A stretch of DNA of 63,366 nt, counting the filler, from Basidioascus undulatus (lineage: Eukaryota): the NCBI GenBank assembly GCA_000826855.1. It is 5 parts of 5 records of this genome, joined end to end, with 100 filler letters (N's around TTAATTAATTAA, not from the genome) between each part and the next. Parts side by side here need not be neighbours in the genome. Positions count along the whole stretch, not along the records: positions 12,720 to 25,320 come from JTLS01000889.1; positions 25,421 to 38,009 come from JTLS01000890.1; 3 more parts are not named here. One strand, given 5' to 3'. Below the pieces are notes generated by a model. That model had not been told where the DNA came from. It was given only the letters and a program-made list of their open reading frames with translations, and made no database searches. Below, piece by piece: positions 12,720 through 25,443 of this stretch. Position numbers and translations under genes: made by a program. Each line of letters starts with the position of its first letter. Position 1 is the stretch's first letter.

Positions 12720-13868
12720 CCCCGCCTCGTCCTCTCCCTCCGCCGCCGTTGACCCGTTCGTCGCACCCCCCGCATCAGACGCCTTCCTCCCCGGCTTGCC
12801 GAGGTGCGGCTTCCTCCCGAAGCGGCTCTCGAAGCTATCGCGGCTACGGTACGTGAGGAGCGCGGCCATGCGGGCGGCGGCGAGTCCCTGCACGGGGCCA
12901 GCGCGAGCGGCAGAGTCGGGCTCGTCGAAGTAGTAGCCGTCGTAGTAGTTGGGGTCGGAGTAGATGGACTGCCGCTGCGCCTCGCCCCACGAGATGCACC
13001 ATGCGCTGTGCCGTGCGGAGGTCGCGATGGGGATGATGTGGCGGACGTAGTGCGGGTCGGAAGGGGACGCGGGCGGGAAGCAGAGCGGCCACTCGAGCGT
13101 GGTCATGCCGCCCATCGAGCCGCCGATGACGACGGCGATGGAGGACACACCGAGGTGGTCGAGAACGTGCTTGTGTAGCCTGCCAAATATACTAATAGCT
13201 TAAGCGAGTGTCGAAGTGGGTGGAGAGGGGTGAAGGGAGAACGCACCGGACGTCGTCGCGCACCGTGCTACCGGGGAACTCGGGTCCATACGGCCTGCCG
13301 TTGTCCGGGTTAATGGAGACGGGCGATACAGTGCCGTACGGAGAGCCGATCACGTTTCCGCAGAAGACGAAGAAGCGCGTGTAGTCGAATGCTCTGCCGG
13401 GGCCCATCAGCGGTCCCCACCTGTCGGCGCGAGAAGACGGTCAGTAGCGGTCAATGGACGTAGTTCCACGCCTTCATTCTCTATCAAAGGATACCGCCAA
13501 AGAGGGCCCCCCGTCCATGCCCACAGCTATCAAGCTGCTCGACCCCAGAGCCCGACCCTCATCTCCATCTCTCGGAGACCTTCATCGCCATCTTTCTCTC
13601 GACTCACCAGTCCTCGACGTCCGCGCTGCCCGTGAGCGCATGACAGATGACCATCACATTATCCCTCCTCTCATTGAGCTTCCCCCACGTCTTGTACGCG
13701 ACAGGTACATTCGTAAGCGTCCGCCCGGACTCGAGCGTGAACGAGGGGACGGTGTAGACCGATTGGTCCGGAATGAGGGACGATAGCGAGCCGGGGCCTG
13801 ACGAATAGAAAGTATATCAGCTTGTTGTCCCAACAAAGCGCCTCGGTTCTCGTACGGTCTGCAGCCAT
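12720..13868 (-). CDS. MET2: Homoserine O-acetyltransferase, 3'-partial
   Basis: FTLESG...[10 protein letters not shown]...[27 protein letters not shown], nucleophile motif [34 protein letters not shown]. The first-exon model (MAADR|PGS) is less certain. Confidence 0.93.
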
Positions 13869-14968
13869 GCTGGCCGGGCTCGATGAAGTGGATGAAGGCA
13901 GCAGAGGGAGCGGAGTCAAGGAGCGAGTCAAGCGAGAAGCCGGCGAGGCGGCGAACTCGGCTTTTTGGCCTTGCGCGGCCGGCTAGCTTGCCTGGCTGCG
14001 CCTGGAAACGATGCACCCCGCTCTTTGCACATCGTGTCGTGGCGCTTTTCTAAAAATCTGTGGCTGCACTGCGGCATCTCTACTGCTTGAACTATCCCAG
14101 GGAAGATTTGGTTCTGGCCAGCCTTGAAATGACCTGCAGTTCCATAGACCGCTTGCGCAAGCTGCAGACTTCCTGGCGTGACTGGGACACACTTGTCAAA
14201 GGTAAGATGGACAGGAGTGGGCATACTTACTTACCAATCAAGTATGATGCGGCTGAGGGGCGGTGTACCACCATGCTGTGAGCTCTTCATCACGAGCTGG
14301 CACCTGCGCTGTCGTGGATGGCGTGAATGGATATCCGGAGTTCGCAAGATTTCGGAAAGTCGAGTTAATATGGACAAAATTAAGCAAATTCCTTTATTTC
14401 GTCTGCGACTTACCAAAGCCCTGGGGATGAAGCGGGACAGACTGCCTTTCCTAAGCAGACCACCAGCCGGCACCGACAGCAGTATGTTCCTCTTCGTGTT
14501 TCTGACCCAGTGCCTCGTATTTGAGCCTCTTCAATCAATCCTCTTCAACCATTCAAAGATGAGCTATTCACACGTTATGCTCATTGTGGCCTCGGATCAA
14601 GTTTCATATCCACATACCACAGAAACTTTCCCGTTCCATACAGTCTGCTCACCATCATCTCCCATCGTTCCGTCTGGCCAGAACACCTGACACCCTCTTT
14701 AAGAACCTCTACACCCGATTCGTCTGAGCAGGCTTTCGACTTCCAAAACGAAGCCTTCTTGACATACAGTCTGCATTTCGCTTCGTCGACGTTTCTCTGT
14801 GCAAGCCTTTCCTTTTCATGCGAATGTTAGATTCTTTTGCTCTTCGCCTTCCTTTCAAGCAGAAAAGCTTCACAGGCTTCAGGAAAAGAAATCGAGACGA
14901 ACGTTTTTCAGGTTCACTACATCTCAGGGCATCACGTTGGGCCGCCCGCATCCTCCTTCTTCCCTCAA

Positions 14969-16279
14969 CTACTCCCCTGCACCAGCCGCCTCAACAGCGA
15001 TCACCTGCTTGACGGTGTCGACAACCGTCTTCTCGACGCTAATGTAGCTCCGGAGGTCGAGGGCTGACGGGGCCGGGTTCCCGTCCGTCGAGTAGTGGTC
15101 GACCTGCGCATTTTTGCCACTGCATCACTGGGTTGAATACGGCGCGCACGATCTGGCGTTCCGTAGAAGGCTTGAGAAAAGGGAAGTTGCGACGAATGAT
15201 GTCCGCGATCTACCAGATCCCCTCATGTCGTTATGAGCAAAGCACGCCTTGACTGCAAAATGCGAGACGCACATCGGAATACGTAACCATTCCCGCCTTC
15301 AAGATCACCTCTTTCCCTGCTCCTCCTTCTTCACAAGCGCGTTCACATGCGCGCGAGCGACGTCGGGCACGTCGCACTAGCCTGGAAAGTCCATGTCGGG
15401 GAGCTTTGAGCCGCCGCGACCTGCCAGAGCAGCGCCTGGGAGAAGCTGAGGGAGCCGGTGCCGCGGGTGAGAGGGAGGATAGACGGGCCGCCGACGTAGG
15501 TGAGGAGGAATGTCGAGAGCGTGAAGTGCGGCTTGTGGGTCTCCATGAAGTCCCGAGCCGAGGAAGGGGAAAAGGGAATGTGTGTCAGACGCGACCTTGA
15601 AAATTAGTTTGGCAGTGAGGCGTACCCAGGCCGCCTTCTCGCTGTACTTCTTGGAGGCGGTGTAGGTGATGTACGCGCGCCATTCGACCGGCCATTGGGT
15701 GAGGTCGAGGTCGGGGAAGCTGCTTGCTCGTAGGTGAGGGGGTTGTAGTTCGCGCTGCGTTCCATTCGTGTGGGTCAGCTCAGCCTCAACCGACTGTAAC
15801 ACCGAAAAAGGTCTACAGCCGTGTAGATCTGGCCAGAACGCAACCCCTTCGCGGGATCGAACACACGCCGAAGGAGCCTGTGATCGCGATCGCCTTGACG
15901 GACGGCCACTTCAGCGCCGACTGGCTGTCAACGCCCCGCTAACGAGCTAGGACTAGAGAAGAAGCATTTCATCTTGACTGCCTCATCGAAGGCCCCATCT
16001 TTTACAATGTCAGGTACGCGAATGACGTCGAGACGTCCCTCGGCGACCGCCTCGCTGAAGAAGTCCGAGACCTGGTGTGCAGACTGCTCAGAGCGAACGG
16101 TCGTGCGGACGCGGGGGCCGTTGGGGGCCGAGAGGAGCTGGTTGACGACGTGCTGGGCGACGTGCCCGTTGGCGCCTGGGGACATTGAAGAAGCGAGTGA
16201 GCCACGAATGCATGAGTTGACCAGATGTCGTTGCGGTCGCACCGGTAACCAAGACACAGTCGGTGGGGGCGTAAGACAT
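14969..16279 (-). pseudogene. NAD(P)-dependent epimerase/dehydratase-family (GRE2/ARI1-like) reductase with an internal deletion and frameshifts
   Basis: VLVTG|ANGHVA, GAFDEAVK, VKAIAITGS, NPLTYEQA and YTASKKYSEKAAW are present. The conserved HxASP...PAVxGT block is missing after FDEAVK, and frames shift near 15865 and 15720. Confidence 0.75.
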
Positions 16280-17216
16280 GATGATGGGTTGTTTGTTGTT
16301 TTGGTAGGATGGTAGAGCAAAATTATGTATAGGAGGTGAGTGCTTGAGTGGGAAGAATGTCCCTTTATGTCGCAGAAGCCTGTCGGGGTCTTGCAAAGTG
16401 GAGCACCTCGGGCAGCACGGAGCGGCACAACAAACGAGCATCATCGTTGGAACCCCTGGCAGCTCGCAGCCTTAGAGTCAACTGCCTTATAACGCAGCAT
16501 AGAGTACCAGTACCAAAGAGCAGTTATAAATCCAAAATTCCGTCGAAAGCGCCATCGCTATGGAGGATGTCGGCGAGTTGGCACGCCACGCAAGAGGAGT
16601 CGAGCTTCCGTGCTTCGAGGTGGAGGTGGACGGGAAGGATCTTTCAATGCGCTCAATCTGGCAATGCTCGGTGCTTCCCAGTGAATGAAAATATTCGTAT
16701 TCTCATGCAGAATACCAGGGGATTTTCCGGAACGGTGGCTATCACGGTCTGTTACAGGAAGAGAGCTCGAAGAACGCCGCTTGGAAACACTGCAGTGGTT
16801 CCAAGATTCCGAACCAACAGCTGGTACTTTAAGCTAGAATATGGTTGTGCCTAGGTGATTTTCCAATCAGAGCCCACACAGACTGCACGACAAGTCCCCG
16901 AGTCTAGCACAAGGCGGAGTCTTGCCATGAGGTTCGTCGTCAATGCAGCACTTCGAATAACGACTGAAATTGCAATCGTTCTCTCGGGTGCACCATTCTT
17001 TACCCAAGGTTATTTGGGAAGGGGTTTTGAAACAACTCGGGTAGACTGGGAGGGCCGGTTCATGCAAGATTACCTCCTTTTGTTCGGCGCTCCAGTGGGC
17101 ATAGGCCGCTCGGCTTCTTATCGTGCCCGCGTGGACACCTTCTCCTTCTCTTCCTTACGTGCTCGCCCTTGTTAACCCTACAATCACTCACCGTGGCTCT
17201 CCTTCGCACATCTGCA

Positions 17217-19805
17217 ATGACCATGCTCAAGTCGAGCTACTCGACGCTCGCCCCGAAGCCGGCAGCCGAGGTATGCCTGTTCAGCGGGCCTTTCTCCAAC
17301 CGTTTGTTGTGGGTAGTGACACCCCTCTCGCCAGGGTTTCCTCCGCTTCGTCGACGCTTCTCCCGACCCCTTCCACGCGACCGCCACGGCCGTATCCAAG
17401 CTCGAGCACGCGGGCTTCCAGCGTCTCAAGGAGTCTGACAGCTGGGCCGGCGACACGCTCAAGCGTGGCGGCAAGTACTTCTTCACCCGCAACCAGAGCA
17501 GTGTGGTCGCGTTCGCGGTCGGGAAGGAGTACAGGCCAGGCGGGGGGATCTCCATCATCGGGGCGCACACCGACTCGCCGAACTTGAGGGTGAGTGCGCA
17601 TCGCTTACTGAGGTACTTGAAGCGGAGAGTTGTACTTAGGGAGGGCCAAACAGATCAAGCCTATCTCGAACAGGACGAAGGTCCGTTTCAATACAATCCC
17701 TACAAAGCGCTTTACACTTACCCAACTCTTATTCAGGCTGGGTATCTTGAGGTCGGTGTTGAGACCTACGGTGGAGGGATCTGGCACAGCTGTGCGCGTC
17801 TTTCCTCTTCCCCCCACCCCGCATACTCCCCAAAAGTCTGAGCAGCATTCGATTACAGGGTTCGACCGCGACCTCTCTGTCGCGGGGCGCGTCATTGTCG
17901 AGGTTTCGGCGAACAAGTTCGTCTCTAAGCTGGTCAAGGTCGACAGGCCGATTCTCCGCATCCCGACGCTCGCGATCCACCTTGATCGCGGCGTGAACGA
18001 AGCGTTCAAGGTAGTCCACATCTCTCCTCTGTGATACTTTGTTCAAGTACTCACAACTTTCTCGTCGTCTCAGTTCAACCCCGAAACCCACCTTCTTGTA
18101 CGGTCAACCCTGCACAGCACTGCCTTTCAGCGTCTGACCTCCCCGTCCCTCCCTACGCAGCCGGTCCTGGGTCTCGTCTCTTCGCAGCTCAACGCCCCGA
18201 CGGACGTCATTTCAAGTATGGGGTCATCTCAGATGCCGGAGAAGCACCACCCCGCCCTTCTCGCCCTGCTCGCCGACGAGCTCGATGTCGGCGTTGAGCA
18301 AATCCATGACTTTGAGCTGTGCGTCAATTGCTCATGTCATTGTAGTTCTGCGTTCGCTCTTCGAAGCTGACCTTGAAGAGAGAACTTGGCAGGTCCCTGT
18401 ACGACACGCAGAAGGCCGAGCTTGGTGGCATCGCAAACGAATTCATCTTCTCGGCACGGCAGGACAACCTCATGTCTGTGCGTGCTCAAACTTGCCATGC
18501 TACATTCCTCGCACAGTCTTATCTTTCTCCGAACTGCAGTGCTACACCGCTCTCGAAGCGCTCACTGCTTTCTCCTCGGACGAGTCGCTCGCCAAAGACC
18601 CCTCCATCCGCTGCATCGCCCTTTTCGACAACGAGGAGGTGCGTGTACCCACCTATAGGCCCCGTCCCAGCCTCCCTCTCCGTTACATTCGCTGATTCGT
18701 CCTTAAACCTTGCGCTCCATTCTCTCAGATCGGCTCAGTATCGACCCACGGCGCCGACGGATCTTTGATTCCTGACCTCGTTCGCCGCCTCACGACTGCC
18801 GGTTACGGTTTCGACGCCAGCCAGATCTCCCCGACCGCCTACCAAGAGGCAGTCGCTGGAAGCTTTTTGATTTCGAGCGACATGGCCCACGGTGATGAAT
18901 TATCGCCGGGTCGAACCTTCTGCCTGGCGGAATATTGACGTTCGCGATGGCCGGGCGGATGGGCAGGCGTCCACCCGAACTACGCGGAGAAGCACGAGGA
19001 GCTGCTGAAGCCTGCTATTAACGGCGGTACGCACTTGAGGGCCTTCGTTTCCCATTTCACACGTTCTGACTGCAACTTGGCTTCGGACCAGGCCCCGTTA
19101 TCAAGACTGTGCGTTCCTCCCTCTGACCGCGTTCTTTCTCAAGTTTGAACCGATACTGCCTCCTTGTTCGCCGCTGACCGTGGGCCCCACTTCCCGCAGA
19201 ACGTGAAGCAACGCTGTAGGTTTCACCGAGTATCTCTCCGTACTATGCAGGCTCACAGTCCCTCTGCGCAGACGCGACTACCGGCCCGACTACCTTCCTC
19301 CTCCGCCGGCTCGCGAAGATCGCTGGAGTGAGTTATCATGTCCGGGAGTGTGTCGGCTTCGCATGAGCGTCTGAACGCTTCGGTTGCAGGTGCCGCTCCA
19401 GGAGTTCTCGGTCCGGAACGACTCGTGAGTGTTCCGAGATATAAGCGCCGGTGAGAAGAATCTGAACCGCGGTTGTCCACAGTCCTTGCGGGAGCACGAT
19501 CGGTCCTATGCTTTCGTGCATGCCCAATTCTAGCTCGCACTTGTCCTTCCTCTCTTGTCTGATTCCATCTCCCTTCATTCAGCGCGAAGCTCGGCATCCG
19601 CACGATAGACATCGGCAACCCGCAGCTCAGCATGCACTCGGTAGGTGCCCCTCGACCAGTTACCGCGAGACTATTGCTGAGCTCGTGCTTTCTCTAGATT
19701 CGCGAGACTTGTGGCTCGGACGATCCGGAGCTCGCCATCAAGCTCTACAAGACGTTCTTCGAGCGGTTCTCTGAAATCGATAAGGAGCTCACGGTGGACG
19801 CTTGA
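17217..19805 (+). CDS. APE4: Aspartyl aminopeptidase (peptidase M18), ~17 introns
   Basis: [99 protein letters not shown] ends at 19805. Confidence 0.95.
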
Positions 19806-20121
19806 AAGGGGCTGCGTTGAGGCTGCGTATAGAATCGCAGGCCATGTTTGGTGCCTGGGTGCAATTGATAACACACATTCAAAGCTCTCCTTTCTCCATC
19901 AAGCTCGTTATTTTTGATAACTGCTATGGGACGCTTGCCGAAAGAAGGTTGTAGACCTGAGAAGAGCGGACGCCGGACGCCGTCATTTGCTTCCGACAGT
20001 CCGTGGAATTTCAGCGGCCGCTGGCCCACCCGAAAGCGGAATCTCGTCTTCTCTCCTTTCATACCTACACTCCCACAACCATCCTCGTTTTCGGCTCTCC
20101 TAATCAGTAACGCAGTCGGTA

Positions 20122-22770
20122 ATGTCGCTGCGTTCCTATCTCGGTCGGGCAGCTGCCGCTACAGCGCAGAGCGGGCGCACTCTCGGTCCGCGCCTCTTCT
20201 CGTCCACCTCACCAGCACCGGCTGCAGGCACCGATTCGCAGGGAACGACTCAGACCGTCCCGGATGAGCCGACGCTCGCCGACCTCGAGTCCTTCAGGCC
20301 CGTGCTGCGACGAGGCAAGCGGACCGTCAACGCCGACGACCTGTACAAGCAGACCTTTCGTCAGGTCTACGGCGCCTTCACGAAGGCGCAGATCACGCGC
20401 CTTGCGAAGGAGATGCAGCTCAAGGACGTGACGTTCAAGAAGAAGAAGAACGAGGTGGTGGAAGCTGTTCTGAGGAGCTGGGGAATCTTGAGCAAGGAGG
20501 CGAGGGAGATGCTCAAGAAGGAGGGCGAGATAAGGAGGGCTGAAGCGAGCGAGGGTGCGTCTTCCTTTTGCAGTGGGTCTACAACAGCTATTGAACTGTG
20601 AGGGGTCTCTGAAGGCTTCGCCATCCCGGACTATGCCCTCTTCCTCCTCCTCGGCGAGCACGGCACCGGTCACCATCTCCTTTCGACCCATTACCCCGTC
20701 TCCGTTACCATCGCGCGCTCGCCGCTTCGGCTCGTTGTATCCGGCACGCAGGAACACGTCGCGCAGTCCGGGATCTGGCTAAGCCAGTTCCAATCTGTGC
20801 GTAGCGTCTTAAACTCGTTACCTGACTTTGCTGACATGACAATGTAGCGTATTATCCGGGAGGAGGTCCCCATCTCCGACGCACACACCATCCCGCGCTC
20901 CCTCCTCCAATCCGTCTCTCGTACCTCCCGCGCCTTCATTGAGCACGTCCCGAGCAACCGAAATGCCGTTCGCGTCTCTGCGCTCGGTCGGTCCGCTGTC
21001 GATCGCGCTAGTCGTCTTCTTTCGCAGCTCCAACATGGGGTGAGCTATACTCGAATCCCTCGCATTCGGACGTGCCCGACTCAACCCCAATACGCAGGAC
21101 GCCCTCCGCACCCGTACACCTATCTTCCTCGCGCATCCGCCCGAGAAAGCGGGCGCCGAGGCGACGCACGCTATGTACCCGTTCGAGACGGTCGACGAGC
21201 GACCGTGGACTCTGACCAGCTCAGGCTATCGCGTCCGGCGAGTGCACGACATCTTCGCAAGTTTGGGAGCCTCGTACCAGTCGAGCGGCATTCAAGATAC
21301 CGACTGGGTGTTGAAAGGCATTGATGGGTAGGTCTTGAGCCGTACCCTTCTTTGATGTTTTCGTTCTAACCGGTGGACGAAGCGCGACTCGGGACTTGGG
21401 AGAGGAGCTCGTCAAGCCCCTAGACGCATCAACCCCTCACTTCACTGCCCGGTAGGCATTGTCCTGCACTGCTGAAATATACGTCCGCTTATCCGCATCC
21501 GCCTCCCCAGCTTCGGCCATCTCCTCTTCCACCATCCCCCGACGTGCTCGTCTTCCGCTCCGCTCCCTCCCCTCGAACCACCACTCGCAGGCCCCTTCCC
21601 TCTGTCCTTCCTCGAACCAGGCCTCTCGGATGGCCACCTTCCTTCGTTCGTCCCTGCGGTACCGCCGGCCGGACAGGCGATCTCCGCCAACTACTCCGAC
21701 GCCCGAACAGAGCGCGCTGTCCGCGCGACATGGAGGTCATTTGGCGCCGACGGCGAAAGCCGCGTCGTGACGGTTGAAGTTAGGAAGGAAGAGCAGGCGG
21801 AGGCAGACGAGACCGTCGAGCCGCGTGACGACGCTGTCGCTGAAGAGCTCTTCTCTCCCGCGAACTCGGCCACCGCGCCTGCCGAGACGCAGACGGACGC
21901 GAGCGCCCCCGCTTCTTCAAAGGCTTATCCGGCCTTGGAAGAACTGACGGAAACCGGAGAGCCGCAGCACGGTAGCGAAGGCGGCCCTTCAGCGCGTGAC
22001 GATGCCGTCGCGGAGTCCCTCCTCCATCCTTCGCATGACTCTTCGCACCAGCTTCCTTCCGATCCGATCCTCGACTCGGTTCCCTCCGAGGATCCGTTTG
22101 CGGACCTCCCCGCCCCTCCACCACCAACCGAGGAGGACGAGCCGCTTCCGCCTCGGCCTCGACGCACGTCCGTGCACGCGACCGTAGAGTCATCGCGCAC
22201 GGCCAACCTCCTGCTTCCCAGCAACTCGGTCGACCTCAACCTTTCGGCTTCGTCTTTAGAGCCTCTTTCTCGTCTATCTGATGCGCTTTACGAGTGGGTT
22301 GAGGCGGTAGGAACGAGGTAGGAGACCACACATTCCCCTGAAGCCTCTGAAATCTCACTGATTAATCGTCGTCGCAGTCTTACTGCCGACACGCAAAGCG
22401 GCGCCGTGCTGCCCCCGCGCACGCTTGACCTCGGCGACGGACGGCAGTACGTGCTCGAGTCCCACACGCGTCTCGAGCGGACCATCGCTTCCGACGAAGA
22501 GCCCGGCGTCGTGCTCGTGCACGAGCTCACGACTGACCTGGAAACGGGTCAAGATTCGCACGCCTTTTCGGTGCGTACTCGGTGTGGACGGGCCAGCTGC
22601 TGGGAGCGTGACGCTGAACGTGTTACGCGGACGTGCAGATGGAGCTTCAAAGCGAGGGGGAGTCTGGCTGGGAGCGCTTCATGCAAGCGGTACGACGGGT
22701 CGTAGTCGCGCCGTGGAGAATCGTGTACACGAATCCGCAATGGACGCGGCCGCCCAGAGCCGAGTACTAG
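20122..22770 (+). CDS. Mitochondrially targeted protein, SLS1-like (tentative)
   Basis: Arg/Ser/Ala-rich presequence MSLRSYLGRAAAATAQSGRTLGPRLFSST; AFTKAQI...KNEVVEAVLRSWG and LFLLLGEHG resemble SLS1 N-terminal and KH-like regions; multi-exon; last exon ends PPRAEY* at 22770. The family call is from memory of the pattern only. Confidence 0.6.
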
Positions 22771-22936
22771 GACTGGCTGCTTGCATGTATACAACACCAC
22801 TCCTTGCTCGGCTACGCCGCTGGCTGAAATAGACCGCTGCGTGCTCTCTGCAATGCGCAACGGTCTCGAGGTGCATGCTTGAACAAATAGCATAAATAGA
22901 ATAGCATGTAGCGGATGGTAGGCAATGCAATAAGAG

Positions 22937-24902
22937 CTAGGTATCTACTCCTTCGGGCAAGTGCTCGTCCCATACCTGCAATTGCTCCACGGGTCAGCTC
23001 GCATCCATAGGAGAGAAGTTTGTGAGATGCACGTACCTCAAAGAACCGCCGACGTTCTGCTACCGGCACACCACGGGCGCCGGTCTGTTGACGGCGGTCA
23101 AGATTCGTCCAGGCGGCAAAGCGCGACGAGCTACGTACCAAGTTGAGAGAAGTGAGACGCTGGCACCCCTCCAGAATCGTAAAGAGTCCATCCGCTATTT
23201 TCAAACCCGAGTGAGGCAAGAAGAAACGGGCGCGAAACGATCCTCGAACGTACGCGTGACAGATGTCGAGCCGAGCCCCAGCGTCTCCAGCTCTCGGCAA
23301 GTCGAAATCGGTACAGCAGAGTCGTCGGTAACTTTCGTCCCATTCAGGAGAAGGACGTGCAGGCGCGGAGTCGAATACGCCATATTCTCGCCCGCTTCCA
23401 GCAGGCCGCCTATCGCGGCGTCCGAGATCGGGATGTTGGAGAGATCGAGAATCTGCGCATTGCTGTCGGGTCAGGCGGGATATGTGGTTTCAACTGAAGG
23501 TGGGGAAGGACTGACCTGCAAGTTGCGACCAACACGCGACAGGAAGCCCGCTAACAAGTCCTGATACCGGAGCGCCGACCACCCAGACAGCGCAACCTCC
23601 TCCAGTCGACCGCCGAACCGCGCCATCTCGTCAAAGAGCACCTGGAAGCTCTCCGCGTTGTACGCCAGTTGGGGGTCGGACAGCCGCGACAGCTTGAAGA
23701 TGCGGAGCTCGGCGTCATCGGGCAATGCGCGAACGAACGCGACGAGCGCTTTCGACCGGATCGCGTTGTGGCCGATGTTGAGCTTGTGCAGCGGGAAGCG
23801 TGTGGAAGAGGAAGCAAGGAGAGGGGCGAGAGCGATCTCGAGAGCGCTGATGTTTGTGAATGAGACGTCGAGATGGCGAAGCTGCGGCGTGAGGGCGAGT
23901 ATCCGAGCGAGGCTGGCGTCCACGATGCTCTACGCCGATGGACGCATGAGCCATGGTTCAACAGTTAAACGGATAGGACACCGTACCGTCCCCTGGAGTT
24001 TCAGCTTCTTGAGCTTCGAGAGCGGAAGGACACCGCGCCCTGCCGCTTGACCGATAGCCGTATCAAGCATTCGCTCCACTGGCGCGGCGCCCTGGAAATA
24101 GTTTCAGGCTGAGGGTGAAGCGCGGTATGAAAAGCGGGTAGGACGCACCATTTTGACCGCCGCTAGTTTCAAGACCTCAAGGTCTGAGCAGTTCGCGATG
24201 ATCGCGGCGAGATCTGCCGGCTGCACGGCGGTGCGCGAGAGGTTGAGCACCGCAAGCCGCTGCAGCTTGGAAATCGCGACGGCCGACTTGGACCCGACGA
24301 GTAGGCAGTCACGAAGGATGAGCGTCTGCAGATTTGGAGAGCGCTTCGCGATGAGTGGCATAGCCGTGCTGAAACCGACGGGCTGATGAGCTGCGAAAGT
24401 GAGCCCTGGCAGATCGCAAAGTAGCCTACTCGGGCAACCTGGGGAAACCGCTGAGCTCGAGGTGAGTGAGATTCTCGGGCAGAGCGCGAAAGGTAGCGGG
24501 TACGACTCCGGGGAGAGCCGAGGTGAGAGTGACTGAGGGAGGCCTCAAGAAGTAGTGTGCGATGGTATCGGGGTAGACGATGGAAGGATGAAACTCGGTC
24601 AGGAGAGCGAGGAGGAGGTCCGCGAGGTGGTCGGGCAGCAGAGCGAGCTGCTCCTTGGTCTTTGCCTCGTGCTTCTCCCATAGCGTCCTGAAGCTGACGG
24701 AAGTTCGAGAGAGAGCGAGGGCAGTGAGCTTGGGAACGTCTGCCGATGGCAGTCGCCGAGTCGAGAACGAGGCGGGGTTGGGGGCCGAAGTCGACTCGGA
24801 CCACTGGGCACGCTTCTCCTTGTCGACCGTCGTCGACGCTGACGCTGGGCGGTAGCGCTTGGATGGTCGCGGTAAATTCGAAGATGCAGCTCGCTTCGCC
24901 AT
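22937..24902 (-). CDS. Leucine-rich repeat (RNI-like) protein
   Basis: Repeated LxxLxL motifs (NLTHLELSG, NLQTLILRDC, RLAVLNLSRT, QLRHLDVSFT, RLHVLLLNGT, ELETLGLGST, RLTSLNL|TGARGV); GT-AG introns keep frame; ends HLPEGVDT*. Confidence 0.82.
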
Positions 24903-25098
24903 GGTCGTTTCGAGAGAAAATGATGATGAAAGTCGAAGGAAACCCACACGCACTTGCGAGAAACTCCACAGCCAGCCTTCACGTGATCGAGACAGTGCAG
25001 GCACCGCCAAGCAAAGGTCGTCTACGCATTATAGGAAAACGTTTACAGAGGCCGAAATGGAGAGAAAGTAAGATGTATGAAACGTTCAAGAGGCACAA

Positions 25099-25296
25099 CT
25101 ACCGCCCAGGAGAATCAGGCTCAGCAACACCCGAGAAACGTCCAGTGTTCCAGCCGGCGGGGAACGACGCCATCTGCGTTGATGGCGAGTTGGGGAGGAC
25201 CTGCTGATACGACAGCCGATGATTCGAGTTGGACGTGAAGCCGGGGGACCCTTCGGGAGGCGGCGGGGTGTAGGGGAGGTCTCCGCGCGGCGGCGA
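25099..25296 (-). CDS. Possible last exon of a gene truncated by the contig end
   Basis: Acceptor-like ttggtttgcag followed by a Pro/Ser-rich open frame SPPRGDLPYTPPPP...DSPGR*; no recognisable family. Confidence 0.3.
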   Translation of the reverse strand, partial: SPPRGDLPYTPPPPEGSPGFTSNSNHRLSYQQVLPNSPSTQMASFPAGWNTGRFSGVAEPDSPGR

Positions 25297-25308
25297 CTGC
25301 AAACCAAG

Positions 25309-25320
25309 AGATCGGAAGAG
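25309..25320 (+). other. Untrimmed Illumina TruSeq adapter prefix AGATCGGAAGAG at the contig end
   Basis: Exact 12-nt match to the adapter start, immediately before the N linker. Confidence 0.85.
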
Positions 25321-25420
25321 NNNNNNNNNNNNNNNNNNNNNNNNNNNNNNNNNNNNNNNNNNNNTTAATTAATTAANNNNNNNNNNNNNNNNNNNNNNNN
25401 NNNNNNNNNNNNNNNNNNNN
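25321..25420. other. Artificial contig linker N44-TTAATTAATTAA-N44
   Basis: Same 100-bp spacer. Confidence 0.98.
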
Positions 25421-25443
25421 GCGCGGGCGCGTTCGACGCGTAG

